Shown: one piece after another, positions 9,461 to 19,187 of the stretch
Numbering within the stretch: the stretch's first letter is position 1
How the letters are laid out: each line of letters begins with the position of its first letter
DNA from: an uncultured Caldilineaceae bacterium
Lineage (GTDB): Bacteria > Chloroflexota > Anaerolineae > Caldilineales > Caldilineaceae
Direction: 5' to 3'
Assembly (NCBI GenBank): GCA_964370975.1
Contig: CAYJNV010000006.1
Span: forward strand, 1-32,877
Length of the DNA: 32,877 nucleotides
The notes under the pieces: model-generated
The model's database searches: none
What the model saw: only the letters and a program-made list of their open reading frames with translations
What the model was told of the DNA's origin: nothing
Program-made: the position numbers and the translations under genes

Positions 9461-10311
9461 GGGACTTCCTCCCCCGACGCATGGGAAGATGCAGCGACGC
9501 CAAACCAGCGATCGGCCAGGCGGTCGAGTGTGCCGTCGGCGCGCAGAGCGACAAGTGCGTCGTTGACGGCGTTGGCAAGTTGCGCCGCCTTGCGCGGCGT
9601 CAAGATCACATAGGGATTGCCCTCGAGCACGGGGCCGACGGCCACCAGGTCCGCACCGCTTCCCTGGGCTATGCGAAGGCTCACGCCATCGATAAGGAGC
9701 GCATCGACTTCGCCTGCGGCTGCCGCGGCCAGCGCGGCTTCGGGCGTATCGTAGAGCAGCGGTTCAAGCCCGATTCCCTGCTCGCGCTGCAGACGACGGG
9801 CAATCATGTCGCCGGCGCTGCCCCACTCAACCGCCACGCGCTGCCCCTGCAGGCCGGCCACGTCGGTAATCAACGAACCCGTGCGCACAGCCAGGCGCAT
9901 ACCCGCTTCGAAATAGGGCTGTGAGTAGGCAACGTCGCGCGTTTGCCGCTCGTCGAAGGGCATCGCGCTGATCACGGCGTCGACACGTGTAGCTTTGACG
10001 GCATCGAGCAGGCTATCGAAGCCCAGGGGCACAATCTCGGCGCGCATGCCCCAGCGGTCAGCCAGCGCATGGGCCAGGTCCACGTCATAACCGGCAGGCG
10101 CGCCTGCTGCGTCCAAATGCTCAAAGGGCGGAAAACTGGGGTCCATACCGACGCGCAAGGTGGCGTCATCCACCATGCGCGCCCAGGTTGGATCGCGCCC
10201 TGTCATGGCGGCAAGCCAGGCCGGCGTCGCGCCGCCGGCCACCAGCCACGTGGCAGTCGCAACGCCAACCAGCAACAGGCTCAACCCAAGGGCAAGTCCG
10301 CGGCGTCTCAT
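9457..10311 (-). CDS. family-3 solute-binding protein (polar amino acid ABC type), N-terminally membrane-anchored, with no cognate permease or ATPase nearby
   Basis: I trimmed the 348-aa maximal ORF to Met65 (MRRRGLALGLSLLLVGVATA..). This ATG overlaps the upstream stop (ATGA at 10308-10311). SBP_bac_3-like motifs: LRVGMDPSFPPFE, GYDVDLAHALA, DAVISAMPFDERQ, VAYSQPYFEAG. Confidence 0.8.
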   Translation of the reverse strand: MRRRGLALGLSLLLVGVATATWLVAGGATPAWLAAMTGRDPTWARMVDDATLRVGMDPSFPPFEHLDAAGAPAGYDVDLAHALADRWGMRAEIVPLGFDSLLDAVKATRVDAVISAMPFDERQTRDVAYSQPYFEAGMRLAVRTGSLITDVAGLQGQRVAVEWGSAGDMIARRLQREQGIGLEPLLYDTPEAALAAAAAGEVDALLIDGVSLRIAQGSGADLVAVGPVLEGNPYVILTPRKAAQLANAVNDALVALRADGTLDRLADRWFGVAASSHASGEEVP

Positions 10312-11474
10312 GGCAGCGCGCCTTCGGTTGCAGAGGCACTTTCCAGCGCAGGAATCGCCTCGCCGGTCGTGTAGCGCTGCACCTCGCTGTAAAAGGGCTT
10401 GGGCTCGAAGTCGGTGCGCACAAACGTGTAATAATCCTGATAGGATTTCTGGTCCCACGGAAAGCGGAAGACCCACACGCACAGGGCATCGAGCCAGGGC
10501 CATTCGACGTTGGCTATCTCATACGCACGCAGCGTGTAGTCAATGCGCTGCGCCGGGTGCACAGCACGCGTCCAGCGCGGGTGGTCATTCCAGCCGCCTT
10601 CGGTAATCATTGCGTGCTTCGCCCCATCGCCATTCTCAACCATGATGGCGCGCATGAGTTCGGCGCGGCGGAAGTTGATGGCAGCCGGATCGGCAGGTTC
10701 GTCGGGGTCGCCGTGCCAGCCATAGGCGTGGATCGCAAGGCTGTCAAAGTAAGGCGCGGCGCCGGCGGCATACATTGCACGCAAGAAGTCCAGGTCATTC
10801 ATTGCCTCATCGCTGCCCGGGGGCGCATTGGTAGGGGCGAGCGCGCCCGCAAGCACCTGCACATTGGGATTGGCCGCCTTGATCATCGGGTAGACCACAC
10901 GCAGCATCTCCGTATACTTGACTGGATCGGGCGGTTGAAAGCCCCATTCGAGCGCCAGGTTGGGCTCATTCCAAATGATGACGTGGTCGATACTGTCGGC
11001 GTAGCGGGCTACAAACTCGGCGGCGTAGCGGCCGAAATCGGCAAAGTGCTCCTCATCCAGATAGAGGGGCGTCGTCTCCCTGGGACGGGCCCAGGCGGGG
11101 ACGAAGCCCAGCCGCGCGATGATTTGCACACCCTGGCGCTGCGCATGCGCCACCACCAGATCGCTGTGCGCCCACTCCTGCCGGCCCTGCCGCTCCTCCA
11201 CATAGGCCCAGGGGAAGTACTCCACTGCCCAGGGTGCACCCATCTCGCGTACCATCTCCCAGGTGCGCTTGATCTTCCATGCCTCCACCTCGTCGGTCAG
11301 GCGCGTGTGAATGCCTACCTTGGAATTGGTCGTCTCCACACTGCGCTGCGGGCCCAGGGCGACGGCGTTCCAATTGCGCAAGAGTGTGAACGCAACCACG
11401 AACAGGCCGAGCAGCACAAGTGCGGCGGCCGCGAGCAGCAGCGAGCGAGTACGGGCAGTGAGGTTGGGGCGCAT
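10308..11474 (-). CDS. membrane-anchored clan GH-A (TIM-barrel) glycoside hydrolase
   Basis: The N-terminus is basic and followed by a TM helix (RTRSLLLAAAALVLLGLFVVAF). The acid/base motif IIWNEPNL and the nucleophile motif AMITEGGWN are typical of GH5/GH39-like clan A enzymes. I could not assign the exact GH family. Confidence 0.7.
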   Translation of the reverse strand: MRPNLTARTRSLLLAAAALVLLGLFVVAFTLLRNWNAVALGPQRSVETTNSKVGIHTRLTDEVEAWKIKRTWEMVREMGAPWAVEYFPWAYVEERQGRQEWAHSDLVVAHAQRQGVQIIARLGFVPAWARPRETTPLYLDEEHFADFGRYAAEFVARYADSIDHVIIWNEPNLALEWGFQPPDPVKYTEMLRVVYPMIKAANPNVQVLAGALAPTNAPPGSDEAMNDLDFLRAMYAAGAAPYFDSLAIHAYGWHGDPDEPADPAAINFRRAELMRAIMVENGDGAKHAMITEGGWNDHPRWTRAVHPAQRIDYTLRAYEIANVEWPWLDALCVWVFRFPWDQKSYQDYYTFVRTDFEPKPFYSEVQRYTTGEAIPALESASATEGALP

Positions 11475-11626
11475 TGCGTGGGGAGTTGACTCGTTGCACG
11501 GCTTCCGGCAGAGGCAATTGCTGCGCGCCGTGCCATCTCGGCGCAGGCAGAGTCCCCCGGAAGTGCGGAACGATTGCCCCTTCCCATTCTACCAGTCCTC
11601 GAGATGTTCGAGAAGGGCCGGCGCAA

Positions 11627-11635
11627 TGGTATAAT
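11627..11635 (+). promoter_or_regulatory. candidate extended -10 promoter element TGgTATAAT for the M50 protease gene
   Basis: The exact string TGGTATAAT sits about 68 nt upstream of ATG 11703. There is no good -35, which is acceptable for extended -10 promoters. The same motif type recurs upstream of pyrH and frr. Confidence 0.35.
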
Positions 11636-11702
11636 TCTGCCTTCTGTGCGCGCGGCGTACTGTGATCCAGGCCATAGTTTGCCTGTGATGTTGGAGTTTG
11701 CA

Positions 11703-12410
11703 ATGATGAATACGATGGTGGACCGCTGGCGCACATTGAGCACAACGCAGCAGGTGATCATTGGCGCAGTGGGGCTGTTGTTGGTCTATGCGTTGCTTTC
11801 CTCTGGTTCCCTGCTGGACCCCGCGAATCTGGCGGCCAAGGCGGCCATCCTGCTACTGGCGCTGCCCTTGCACGAGCTGGCGCACGCTGCCGCCGCCGTG
11901 GCACTGGGTGACAACACACCGCGCCTGCAGGGGCGCATGTCGCTCAACCCTTTGCGCCATTTGGACCCAATGGGTTCGCTCTTGATCCTGATTGCCGGCT
12001 TTGGCTGGGCCAAACCCGTGCAGTGGAATCCGCGCAACGTGAGCGTCGACACGCGCCTCGCCTCGGTTATCATCGCACTGGCCGGGCCGCTCACCAACCT
12101 GCTGCTGGCGGTTGTCTCCATGTTCCTGCTGGGCCAATTCGGTCTGTCCATGGGCGATGCGGCGGTCAATTTTCTCTACTTCTTTGCGACAATCAACGTG
12201 CTGCTCGCGGTCTTCAACCTGATTCCCATCCCGCCGCTGGATGGCTCGCACGTGCTCTTTGCACTGCTGCCGGGCGACAACTGGCAGTTGCGTGCACAGT
12301 TGAGCCAATACGGCATGCTGGTTGTCTTTGCCGTGGCATTTGTCTTTCCTCAGGTGATTCGCGTGCCAACCAACGCTGTCATGCAGGCGCTGGCGGGCGT
12401 CTTCTTCTAG
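11703..12410 (+). CDS. site-2 protease family (peptidase M50) membrane metalloprotease
   Basis: Contains the HExxH motif LHELAHAAAA and the second conserved motif NLIPIPPLDGSH within a polytopic hydrophobic protein. I chose the start at ATG 11703 because GGAG (11692-11695) lies 7 nt upstream. The maximal ORF starts at 11574 but would span the candidate promoter. Confidence 0.8.
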   Translation: MMNTMVDRWRTLSTTQQVIIGAVGLLLVYALLSSGSLLDPANLAAKAAILLLALPLHELAHAAAAVALGDNTPRLQGRMSLNPLRHLDPMGSLLILIAGFGWAKPVQWNPRNVSVDTRLASVIIALAGPLTNLLLAVVSMFLLGQFGLSMGDAAVNFLYFFATINVLLAVFNLIPIPPLDGSHVLFALLPGDNWQLRAQLSQYGMLVVFAVAFVFPQVIRVPTNAVMQALAGVFF

Positions 12411-12422
12411 GCCAGTGGCAGC

Positions 12423-12983
12423 ATGAAGAAAGCGGCCCCTGGCCTGAAGCGGGCGCGCTATCGAGTGGGTCAGTTCGTGCATGGCGCGATGGCGTGTGTC
12501 GATGCTGTGGAGCTTGCAGAAGCGCACACTCTGCTGCCGCCTGATGCCTACTGCCTCTTCGCGGCACTGCCGGTTGACGCCCAACGCCACAGCCTCAATG
12601 TATTGCACGCGCTGGCCAGCCAAGCGACTCTGGATGTTGACCTTGCTTCGGCCGCGCTGCTGCATGATGTGGGCAAGCTGGCCGCTGCTGCGGCAGGCGC
12701 ACCGATTCGCCTGTGGATGCGCGGGCCGCTTGTCATGGCCAATCGTTTTGCGCCGCGACGATTGCGCCGCTTTGCCCAGCGCAACCCGCGTCGACCCTGG
12801 CGCTTTGCGGCGTGGGTCTATCGAGAACATGCAACGATTGGCGCGTTCCTGGCAATGGACGCAGGATGTACGCAGCGCACCTGCCTGCTGATTGCGCTAC
12901 ACCAGACGGCGATTCCCGCTGATGTCACTGGGGAATTTGCGGACAACCTGCGGTCGCTGCAGCAGGTGGACGAGCGAATGTAG
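12423..12983 (+). CDS. HD-domain phosphohydrolase family protein
   Basis: QRHSLNVLHAL followed by AALLHDVGK gives the H...HD metal-binding signature. The gene starts 12 nt after the M50 stop and is probably co-transcribed with it. Confidence 0.65.
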   Translation: MKKAAPGLKRARYRVGQFVHGAMACVDAVELAEAHTLLPPDAYCLFAALPVDAQRHSLNVLHALASQATLDVDLASAALLHDVGKLAAAAAGAPIRLWMRGPLVMANRFAPRRLRRFAQRNPRRPWRFAAWVYREHATIGAFLAMDAGCTQRTCLLIALHQTAIPADVTGEFADNLRSLQQVDERM

Positions 12984-13075
12984 CGCCGCGGCCGCCATTG
13001 CTCCGACGCTGCGCAATCGGCGTGAACGGCGGCCAAAATCGCCGCTAAGCGAAACATGGGGAGCGAGAACCATCC

Positions 13076-14056
13076 ATGGCAAAACCATTCATTTCCATCA
13101 TCGGGCTGGGCGCAACAGGCTGCGCCGTGGGGCTGGCGCTGCGCAAGGAGCCCGGCGAGTTTGAAGTGGTCGGCCACGACAAGAGCCAGGCCGCCGAGTC
13201 TGAGGCGCGCAAGCTCAACGCCGTGCAGCGCACAGAGTGGAACCTGCACCGCGCCGTGGAGGGCTGCAGCATGGTCATCCTGGCGCTGCCGCTGCCCGCC
13301 ATTGAGGAGACGCTCGCGCTGATTGCCGAAGACCTCGCACCCCAGGCGCTGGTGCTCGTGCTCAATGGCCTCCTGCAGCCGGTTGTGGAGAGCGCACAGC
13401 GCGCCCTGCCCAACCACGCCCGCTTCGTGGCCGCCCATTTGGTCACCGGCATCCATGCCCCTGAGTCACCCTCGGCCGAAACCTTTGTCAAGGTGGCCTG
13501 CTGTATTGCCGCTGCGCCCCACACCGACCCCACGGCGCTGGAATTGGCCGGCGACTTCGCCGAACGTATGGGCGCGACCGCCCACTTTATGGACCCTGTG
13601 GAGCACGACGGCGTCGCTGCTGTGGTCGAGCAGATGCCGCAGCTTGCCGGTGCGGCGCTGCTCGCCATCAGCACGAAATCGCCCGGCTGGCGCGAGGCGC
13701 GACAAGTGGCAGGCGCGCGCTATGCCGCTGCAACGGAGATCGGTGGCAACGCTGCGCAAATCGGCCGCGCCTTGCTAGGCAATCGCGAAAACGTGCGCAG
13801 GCAACTTGTGCTGATGCAGAACGAGCTTGCGCGCTGGCAGGCACTGCTCGATGTCGACGCGCCGGAGGATGGGGGCGCACACCCGCTTCAGGACGCGCTG
13901 CAGGAACTTCTCGACGCGCGCTCGGTCTGGGCGCAGCAGGCCGCAGCGGGTGATTGGGAGAAGGAACCCCAGCCCATGAGCAGCAGAGAGTCGAACGGGA
14001 TGCTGCGCCAGCTCTTGCTTGGCAACATCGGCAAGCGCAAGCCGCCGACAAACTGA
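13076..14056 (+). CDS. prephenate/arogenate dehydrogenase-like NAD(P)-binding protein (divergent)
   Basis: The N-terminal Rossmann motif is ISIIGLGATGCAVGLAL. The layout resembles TyrA (MVILALPLPAIEETL, FVAAHLVTG, MDPVEHDGVAAVV). The usual GGHPMAG and SHLPH strings are divergent, so the function is uncertain. Confidence 0.5.
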   Translation: MAKPFISIIGLGATGCAVGLALRKEPGEFEVVGHDKSQAAESEARKLNAVQRTEWNLHRAVEGCSMVILALPLPAIEETLALIAEDLAPQALVLVLNGLLQPVVESAQRALPNHARFVAAHLVTGIHAPESPSAETFVKVACCIAAAPHTDPTALELAGDFAERMGATAHFMDPVEHDGVAAVVEQMPQLAGAALLAISTKSPGWREARQVAGARYAAATEIGGNAAQIGRALLGNRENVRRQLVLMQNELARWQALLDVDAPEDGGAHPLQDALQELLDARSVWAQQAAAGDWEKEPQPMSSRESNGMLRQLLLGNIGKRKPPTN

Positions 14057-14180
14057 AATTCGACGCAAACGCGCGAAGGCGCAGCGCAGCGCAAAGAACT
14101 GCAGAAAGACCTCATTGCCGTTCCGTTTTTCGTTGCTGGTATTCTTCGGTGCGGGTCCTTTGCGATTTTGAGTCGAATTT

Positions 14181-14192
14181 GCAGCATGCTGC
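14181..14192. promoter_or_regulatory. perfect 12-bp palindrome GCAGCATGCTGC upstream of the glycan island (possible operator)
   Basis: The exact palindrome lies in the 178-bp intergenic region, 43 nt upstream of ATG 14235. Function unknown. Confidence 0.25.
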
Positions 14193-14234
14193 TTTGCTGT
14201 GCGTTTCCTCTGCGTCTTTGCGCCTTCGCGTCGC

Positions 14235-15254
14235 ATGTGTGCCATTTACGAGCGAGCTGTGAAAGTCATCATCCAGATTCCGTGCTATAACGAGGCGCTC
14301 ACGCTACCGCAGACGGTGGCGGCGTTGCCGCGCACCTTGCCGGGTGTGGAAAGCCTCGAGTATCTGGTGATTGATGACGGCAGCAGCGACGCCACGGCAG
14401 AGGTGGCGCTGGCCCTGGGCGTTGACCACGTGCTGCGGCTGGCCTCCAACGGCGGTCTGGCACGCGCCTTTGTGGCTGGTCTGGATGCCTGCATCGCGCG
14501 CGGCGCGGATATCATCGTCAATACCGACGCCGACAACCAATACTGCGCCGATGACATCGCGCGACTTGTCGCGCCCATTCTGGCCGGGCGCGCCGAACTG
14601 GTGGTGGGCGACCGCGGTGTGGCCAACCATCGCGATTTCAACGCCACCAAGCGCTGGCTGCAGCGGGCGGGCAGTTGGGTCGTCTCACAGGCAGCCAACA
14701 GCCTCATTCCCGACGCCACCAGCGGCTTCCGCGCACTCACGCGCGACGCCGCGCTGCGCACCGTGGTTCTCTCCGAATACTCGTACACGCTGGAAACCTT
14801 GATCCATGCCGGTGCGCGTCACGCCGCCGTTGAGCATGTAGCCGTGCGCACCAACCCCCCCACGCGCCCCTCGCGTCTTATGAGCAGCCTGCCCCACTAT
14901 CTGGGAAATTCGGGAGCAACAATCGTGCGCGCCTACACCCTTTACCGACCGCTGCGCGTCTTCTTCACCCTGGGAACTGTCTTTATCGCCGTCGGCCTGG
15001 CGATAGGCGTTCGTTTCCTCTACTTCTACGCCGTCGGCACGGGCGGTGGCCATGTCCAGTCGCTAATTCTCGCGGCGGTGCTGCTCATCGTCGGCTTCCA
15101 GGTGCTGCTGATTGGCCTTGTGGCCGATCTGATCGGCGCCAACCGCAAGATGATCGAGGAACTCCTCTACCGCCAGCGGCGTGAGGATGCAGCAGTTGGG
15201 GCAGCACAGGTGGAGAAATCGACCAGGCCACAGAGGGAGATCAGCGCGCCATGA
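14235..15254 (+). CDS. GT2 polyprenyl-phosphate glycosyltransferase (GtrB/ArnC/DPM1-like)
   Basis: [31 protein letters not shown] and NTDADNQY form a GT-A catalytic domain. Two C-terminal TM helices follow ([18 protein letters not shown] and [25 protein letters not shown]), the architecture of lipid-phosphate sugar synthases. The start is uncertain: ATG 14235 or GTG 14259, while the maximal ORF starts at 14199. Confidence 0.8.
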   Translation: MCAIYERAVKVIIQIPCYNEALTLPQTVAALPRTLPGVESLEYLVIDDGSSDATAEVALALGVDHVLRLASNGGLARAFVAGLDACIARGADIIVNTDADNQYCADDIARLVAPILAGRAELVVGDRGVANHRDFNATKRWLQRAGSWVVSQAANSLIPDATSGFRALTRDAALRTVVLSEYSYTLETLIHAGARHAAVEHVAVRTNPPTRPSRLMSSLPHYLGNSGATIVRAYTLYRPLRVFFTLGTVFIAVGLAIGVRFLYFYAVGTGGGHVQSLILAAVLLIVGFQVLLIGLVADLIGANRKMIEELLYRQRREDAAVGAAQVEKSTRPQREISAP

Positions 15255-16009
15255 AAGAAGGGCTGAAAATCCGCGCCTACAACACCGCCACCCGAATCTT
15301 CGGCAACCGCATGGTCGTCAACGAGCACTTTGTCCCCGCACGCGGTCTTGAGATTGGACCCTACCTGGCTCGGGGCGACAGAACCGCCGTCCATCACCTG
15401 CTGCGCTATCAATGGGCAGTGGCCACCCTGGCTGATCACCCGGCCCCGCAGCGCATTCTCGACATGGCCTGCGGTTCGGGATACGGGACTGCATCCATCG
15501 CTGCCCACTTCGCCGGCAGCAGCGTTCTGGGTGCCGATTACGATCCAACGGGCATTGGCTACGCGCAAGAACATTACCGCCTCATGAATCTTGCGTTTGT
15601 CCAGGCTGATGCCCACAAGTGGGAAGAGTCTCTAGGGAACGAGCGCTTCGATTGCGTTGTGAGTTTTGACACACTGGAACACAGCGCCCATCGCGACATC
15701 TTTATGGAAAACCTGGTGCGCCACCTCAACCCGGGCGGTTGGTTGCTTTTCTCAACCCCATGCGGTAGCGACACCAATGACTTGCGCCCGCGCTGGCTTC
15801 ACCACGCCATTGAATACTCAACCGCCAGCCTCTACGACTTCCTGCGCCGCTATTTTCGCGTTGTCCAGCGTCCTGAGGAGAAAGACTTCCCGCATAGGGA
15901 GGTCTTTGACCAACTCGTAGGCAGCAAAGTGGACTACCTCCTGCGTCTGAATCCAGTTCTCTGCCGCGAGCCAATTCACATCGCAAATCCCTACCGGAGC
16001 GACCGATAA
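15251..16009 (+). CDS. class I SAM-dependent methyltransferase
   Basis: SAM motif I is [12 protein letters not shown], followed by [11 protein letters not shown] and [12 protein letters not shown]. The start overlaps the upstream stop (ATGA at 15251-15254). Confidence 0.8.
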   Translation: MKEGLKIRAYNTATRIFGNRMVVNEHFVPARGLEIGPYLARGDRTAVHHLLRYQWAVATLADHPAPQRILDMACGSGYGTASIAAHFAGSSVLGADYDPTGIGYAQEHYRLMNLAFVQADAHKWEESLGNERFDCVVSFDTLEHSAHRDIFMENLVRHLNPGGWLLFSTPCGSDTNDLRPRWLHHAIEYSTASLYDFLRRYFRVVQRPEEKDFPHREVFDQLVGSKVDYLLRLNPVLCREPIHIANPYRSDR

Positions 16010-16031
16010 TGACGGTGAATGGAGCCCGAAG

Positions 16032-17147
16032 GTGAGCAGACCGTCGTTGCGTCTCACTTTCATCCTGTCGTCGTTGTGGCTCTCGGGGGGCATGCGCGAC
16101 ATAGTGGAGTATGCCAACCGCTTTGCCGCGCGTGGCCACAAGGTCACTCTTGTCTACCCAGGAAATACCTGGGATGGGCATATGGCGGAGGAAATCTCGC
16201 CCGATGTCGCACTGGTCGCGAGCCAGGTCCTGCGCAATAGGACCATGGGGCGTATCGGCCACCTGCGCCTGAGCAGGTCACTCGCCGCAGCCGCACCCTT
16301 GTCTGACTTCATCATCTCCACCCAAACGCCAACGACCGTAGCCACTTGGGAGGCTACAGCATGGCAGCACAAGGGTCGCCCCATCTGGTTCTTCCAGGAC
16401 TATTTGACGATGTTTCACGGGCGCCCGCTTGAGCAGTGGCTGATGCAAAACGCGCTACGCTGGCATGAGAAAGCGTATACCATATCGGCCTGGGCCGGAG
16501 AAGAATTGCCGCAGGCGCATCGCGAAAAAATAGAGGTCGCAGGAATCGGCCTGAGCCATGCGGAACTCTTCACCCCCTGCTATTTTGAAGAGCGCGAAAG
16601 CCGGCCCGTGCGGACACTTCTCTATTTGGGTGACGAGCGCCCACGCAAGGGGCTGCGCGAGTTCCTGGATGCTGCGAAAATTGTGCACATGGAGTATCCC
16701 GACGTGCGGTTGCAGATCGTCTCCAAGGAAGAGTGTACAGTCGAGACGTCGCTGCCCTTCGAGTACGTACACCGGCCGTCGGTTGAGGCGCTCGCCAACA
16801 TGTACCGCACTTGCGCAGTCTATGTCGCCTCATCATGGTCCGAATCGCTGGGAATTCCGCCTCTGGAAGCCATGGCATGCGCTGCGCCCGTTGTCTTGGC
16901 CGATGCCGGCGGCACGCGCGATTACGCCGTAAACAACGTCAACTGCCTGGAGGTGCCTGCGCGTGACGCGCCTGCACTCGCGCAGGCTATCCTCGCCGTG
17001 CTGCGCGATCCCGCGCTGGCTGCGCGCCTCTCCCACGCCGGGCCCCCCACGGCCGCACACTATGATTGGGAGTCTCTGACTAGCCGCTGGGAGGAGCGGC
17101 TGTTACAGCTCCACGCCACTGCACCGCGACAAACCAAAGTCAGGTAA
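16032..17147 (+). CDS. GT4-family (GT-B fold, group 1) glycosyltransferase
   Basis: GGMRDIVEYANRFAARGHKVTLV is a typical GT4 N-terminus, and SWSESLGIPPLEAMACAAPVV is the EX7E region. GTG start with GGAG 7 nt upstream. Confidence 0.85.
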   Translation: MSRPSLRLTFILSSLWLSGGMRDIVEYANRFAARGHKVTLVYPGNTWDGHMAEEISPDVALVASQVLRNRTMGRIGHLRLSRSLAAAAPLSDFIISTQTPTTVATWEATAWQHKGRPIWFFQDYLTMFHGRPLEQWLMQNALRWHEKAYTISAWAGEELPQAHREKIEVAGIGLSHAELFTPCYFEERESRPVRTLLYLGDERPRKGLREFLDAAKIVHMEYPDVRLQIVSKEECTVETSLPFEYVHRPSVEALANMYRTCAVYVASSWSESLGIPPLEAMACAAPVVLADAGGTRDYAVNNVNCLEVPARDAPALAQAILAVLRDPALAARLSHAGPPTAAHYDWESLTSRWEERLLQLHATAPRQTKVR

Positions 17148-17153
17148 CCCAAG

Positions 17154-17942
17154 ATGAATTCACACCCTGAGACATTCATGCCTCTCGAGGCGTTGGGCGC
17201 CGACTATCCGCCTTATCGTCCCACTTACGAAACGACGCCCGCACAAGGCTACCTTAGCGCTTATCAGCAGCGGCTTGCCGAAGCGCCGACACAGCATGGG
17301 CTGCTCATGCAGCTGGGGGACAAAGGCGTGCTTCGCCGCGCACTCTCGCAAAGGCTGCACGACTCGCTGGTCGATGCTCGGAACGCACTGCGCTTTCGCG
17401 GCACTGTGCCGGGCTGGCTCATGCACGCCGATGCGCTCAAACTCTACGAAATGGCCTACCACTCCACGGGTCCAATTCTTGAACTGGGCTGCTACCACGG
17501 CCTCAGCACATCGATCATGGCGCACGCCGTGCGTGATGCGCAGCGCCCCACACGGATATATAGCGTGGACCTCGACCCCGCATGCATTGCCGCCACCCTG
17601 CGCACACTGCGCCGCCGCAACCTGGCGCTGGGCTGCGCCCTGGTTTGTGACGAGGCGGCTAACGCAACGCGCCGCTTCGCCGACGAAGGCTTGCGCTTTG
17701 CCTTTGCCTTTGTTGACCACGCACACACCTATGCTCCCGTGCGCGCTGCCTGCGAGGCGCTTCCCACGGCGCTCGCACCGGGCGCCTTCTGCCTCTTCCA
17801 CGACTTCAACAGCCCTTTCAACCGCGACCCGCAAAACCACAACTATCAGGTCTATCAGGCGGTCACCGAAGGGCTTGACGCCGAGCGCTTCACCTTCTGC
17901 GGCATCTATGGTTGCACGGCTCTTTACCGTTTTGACGCCTGA
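17154..17942 (+). CDS. class I SAM-dependent methyltransferase (Methyltransf_24/O-methyltransferase-like)
   Basis: ILELGCYHGLST is motif I. IYSVDLD and FAFVDHAHTY follow, as in the small sugar/O-methyltransferase group. Starts 6 nt after the GT4 stop. Confidence 0.65.
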   Translation: MNSHPETFMPLEALGADYPPYRPTYETTPAQGYLSAYQQRLAEAPTQHGLLMQLGDKGVLRRALSQRLHDSLVDARNALRFRGTVPGWLMHADALKLYEMAYHSTGPILELGCYHGLSTSIMAHAVRDAQRPTRIYSVDLDPACIAATLRTLRRRNLALGCALVCDEAANATRRFADEGLRFAFAFVDHAHTYAPVRAACEALPTALAPGAFCLFHDFNSPFNRDPQNHNYQVYQAVTEGLDAERFTFCGIYGCTALYRFDA

Positions 17943-17954
17943 GCACTGCCCAAA

Positions 17955-19157
17955 CTAGAGCGCAAGTTGCCTCACAATTTCCGCCAGCCGCTTCCTAATC
18001 ACCTCTTCGGACGCTGAGGCCAGGAAGGCCGCGCGACCTCCTGCCGCAATTTCGGCGCGTACTGATGGGTTGTCATGCAGCGCCAAAATCGCCAGCGCCA
18101 GCGCCGGCGGATCCTGGGGCGGTACAAGCCACGCCGAGCGACCATGCGCAAGCAGCTCGCGATTGGCAGGGCTGTCTGCGGCAACCACTGCGCGTTCGCA
18201 CGCGAGCATTTGGTAGATTTTGCCCGGGATAGTGCGCTGCGCTTTTGCACTGGGGCCAAAGTGACCCCCAAGCGCAATGTGCGCGCCACGCAGTTTGTCG
18301 GCAATCATAGCCGCGTGCATTGGCGCCAAGAAACGGGTATGGCGCAGGCGCAGATTAAGTGCGAGCGCCTCCATGGCCGGCCGCATAGGACCGTCGCCCA
18401 CAAGGTGAAAGTGAATGTCCAGCCCTTCAAGGTAGGCTGCGGCATGCAGCACCGTCTCAACGCCATGGAGCGGAAGGTAGGTGCAGTAGTAGAAAACGGT
18501 AGTACGCGAGGCACTGTCATCTTGTATGCCCGGCAGCCGCGCGGCGCCGGCTTGCGCGAATGGATAGAATATCTCCTCGTTGCAGCCTACCGGCAGTGCA
18601 TGCAATTTGCGCGCGTCCACACCCAGGACATCGATGAAATACTCCACGTGCGCCTGTGTATCCAGTAGAATGGCATCGGCCATGGCGCTGGGAATCCTGT
18701 CCAGCGCAAGCGCCAGGCGGCCACGCAGCGAATTGGGTGCAAACGCTCCGCGGTCAAACGCGAGGGTATCGTAATTGGAAATGAAGGCATCAAAGAGGAT
18801 AGGCGAATGCGTCAGCGGACGCAGGTGCGGCAGAATGAGGGACCCGTAGAAGCCCACAAAGACGAGGTCATAGCGGCGCGTGACTAGGCGCCTGACGGCC
18901 TGCGCCGTCACGGTGGCGCTCGAACGTAGTAGTGAGGCAGGCGGTGCGGCGGGTGCCACGACGTCAACGCTACCCATTCGTCGCAACGCGCGCAACAGGA
19001 CATCATTGCGCGCGTAGCTCATTTCGCGGCCGGCCACAAATAGAATCTGCATTCGTTCTACCAAGTAGGGGTTTGCGATGCTGGCCCGCTCATTCGGCCG
19101 GTCAATTGGCACTGTGGCCTGCACCACAATGCCAATTGACGGAGTGTTTTCCGCCAT
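17955..19157 (-). CDS. GT-B fold glycosyltransferase (group-1-like, atypical EX7E region)
   Basis: Two Rossmann-like halves are present. The C-terminal half reads HFHLVGDGPMR..GGHFGPSAKAQRTIPGKIYQMLACERAVVAAD, which places it in a group 1 glycosyltransferase context. It is the only minus-strand gene in the island. The alternative start at ATG 19052 (MQILFVAG...) looks more like a typical GT N-terminus. Confidence 0.7.
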   Translation of the reverse strand: MAENTPSIGIVVQATVPIDRPNERASIANPYLVERMQILFVAGREMSYARNDVLLRALRRMGSVDVVAPAAPPASLLRSSATVTAQAVRRLVTRRYDLVFVGFYGSLILPHLRPLTHSPILFDAFISNYDTLAFDRGAFAPNSLRGRLALALDRIPSAMADAILLDTQAHVEYFIDVLGVDARKLHALPVGCNEEIFYPFAQAGAARLPGIQDDSASRTTVFYYCTYLPLHGVETVLHAAAYLEGLDIHFHLVGDGPMRPAMEALALNLRLRHTRFLAPMHAAMIADKLRGAHIALGGHFGPSAKAQRTIPGKIYQMLACERAVVAADSPANRELLAHGRSAWLVPPQDPPALALAILALHDNPSVRAEIAAGGRAAFLASASEEVIRKRLAEIVRQLAL

Positions 19158-19187
19158 TATAGGGCCGCTACGCTATACTTGCAGATT

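Noticed and set aside
9457-10503. Long N-terminal extensions of maximal ORFs: 9457-10503, 11574-12410, 14199-15254, 22476-23654, 27065-27985, 28190-29227, 29924-30754 and 31066-31761.
   Set aside because: The conserved protein N-termini begin at internal starts that have SD sequences or ATGA overlap coupling. The extensions run through upstream genes, terminators or candidate promoters and have junk-like composition. I trimmed the coordinates accordingly.
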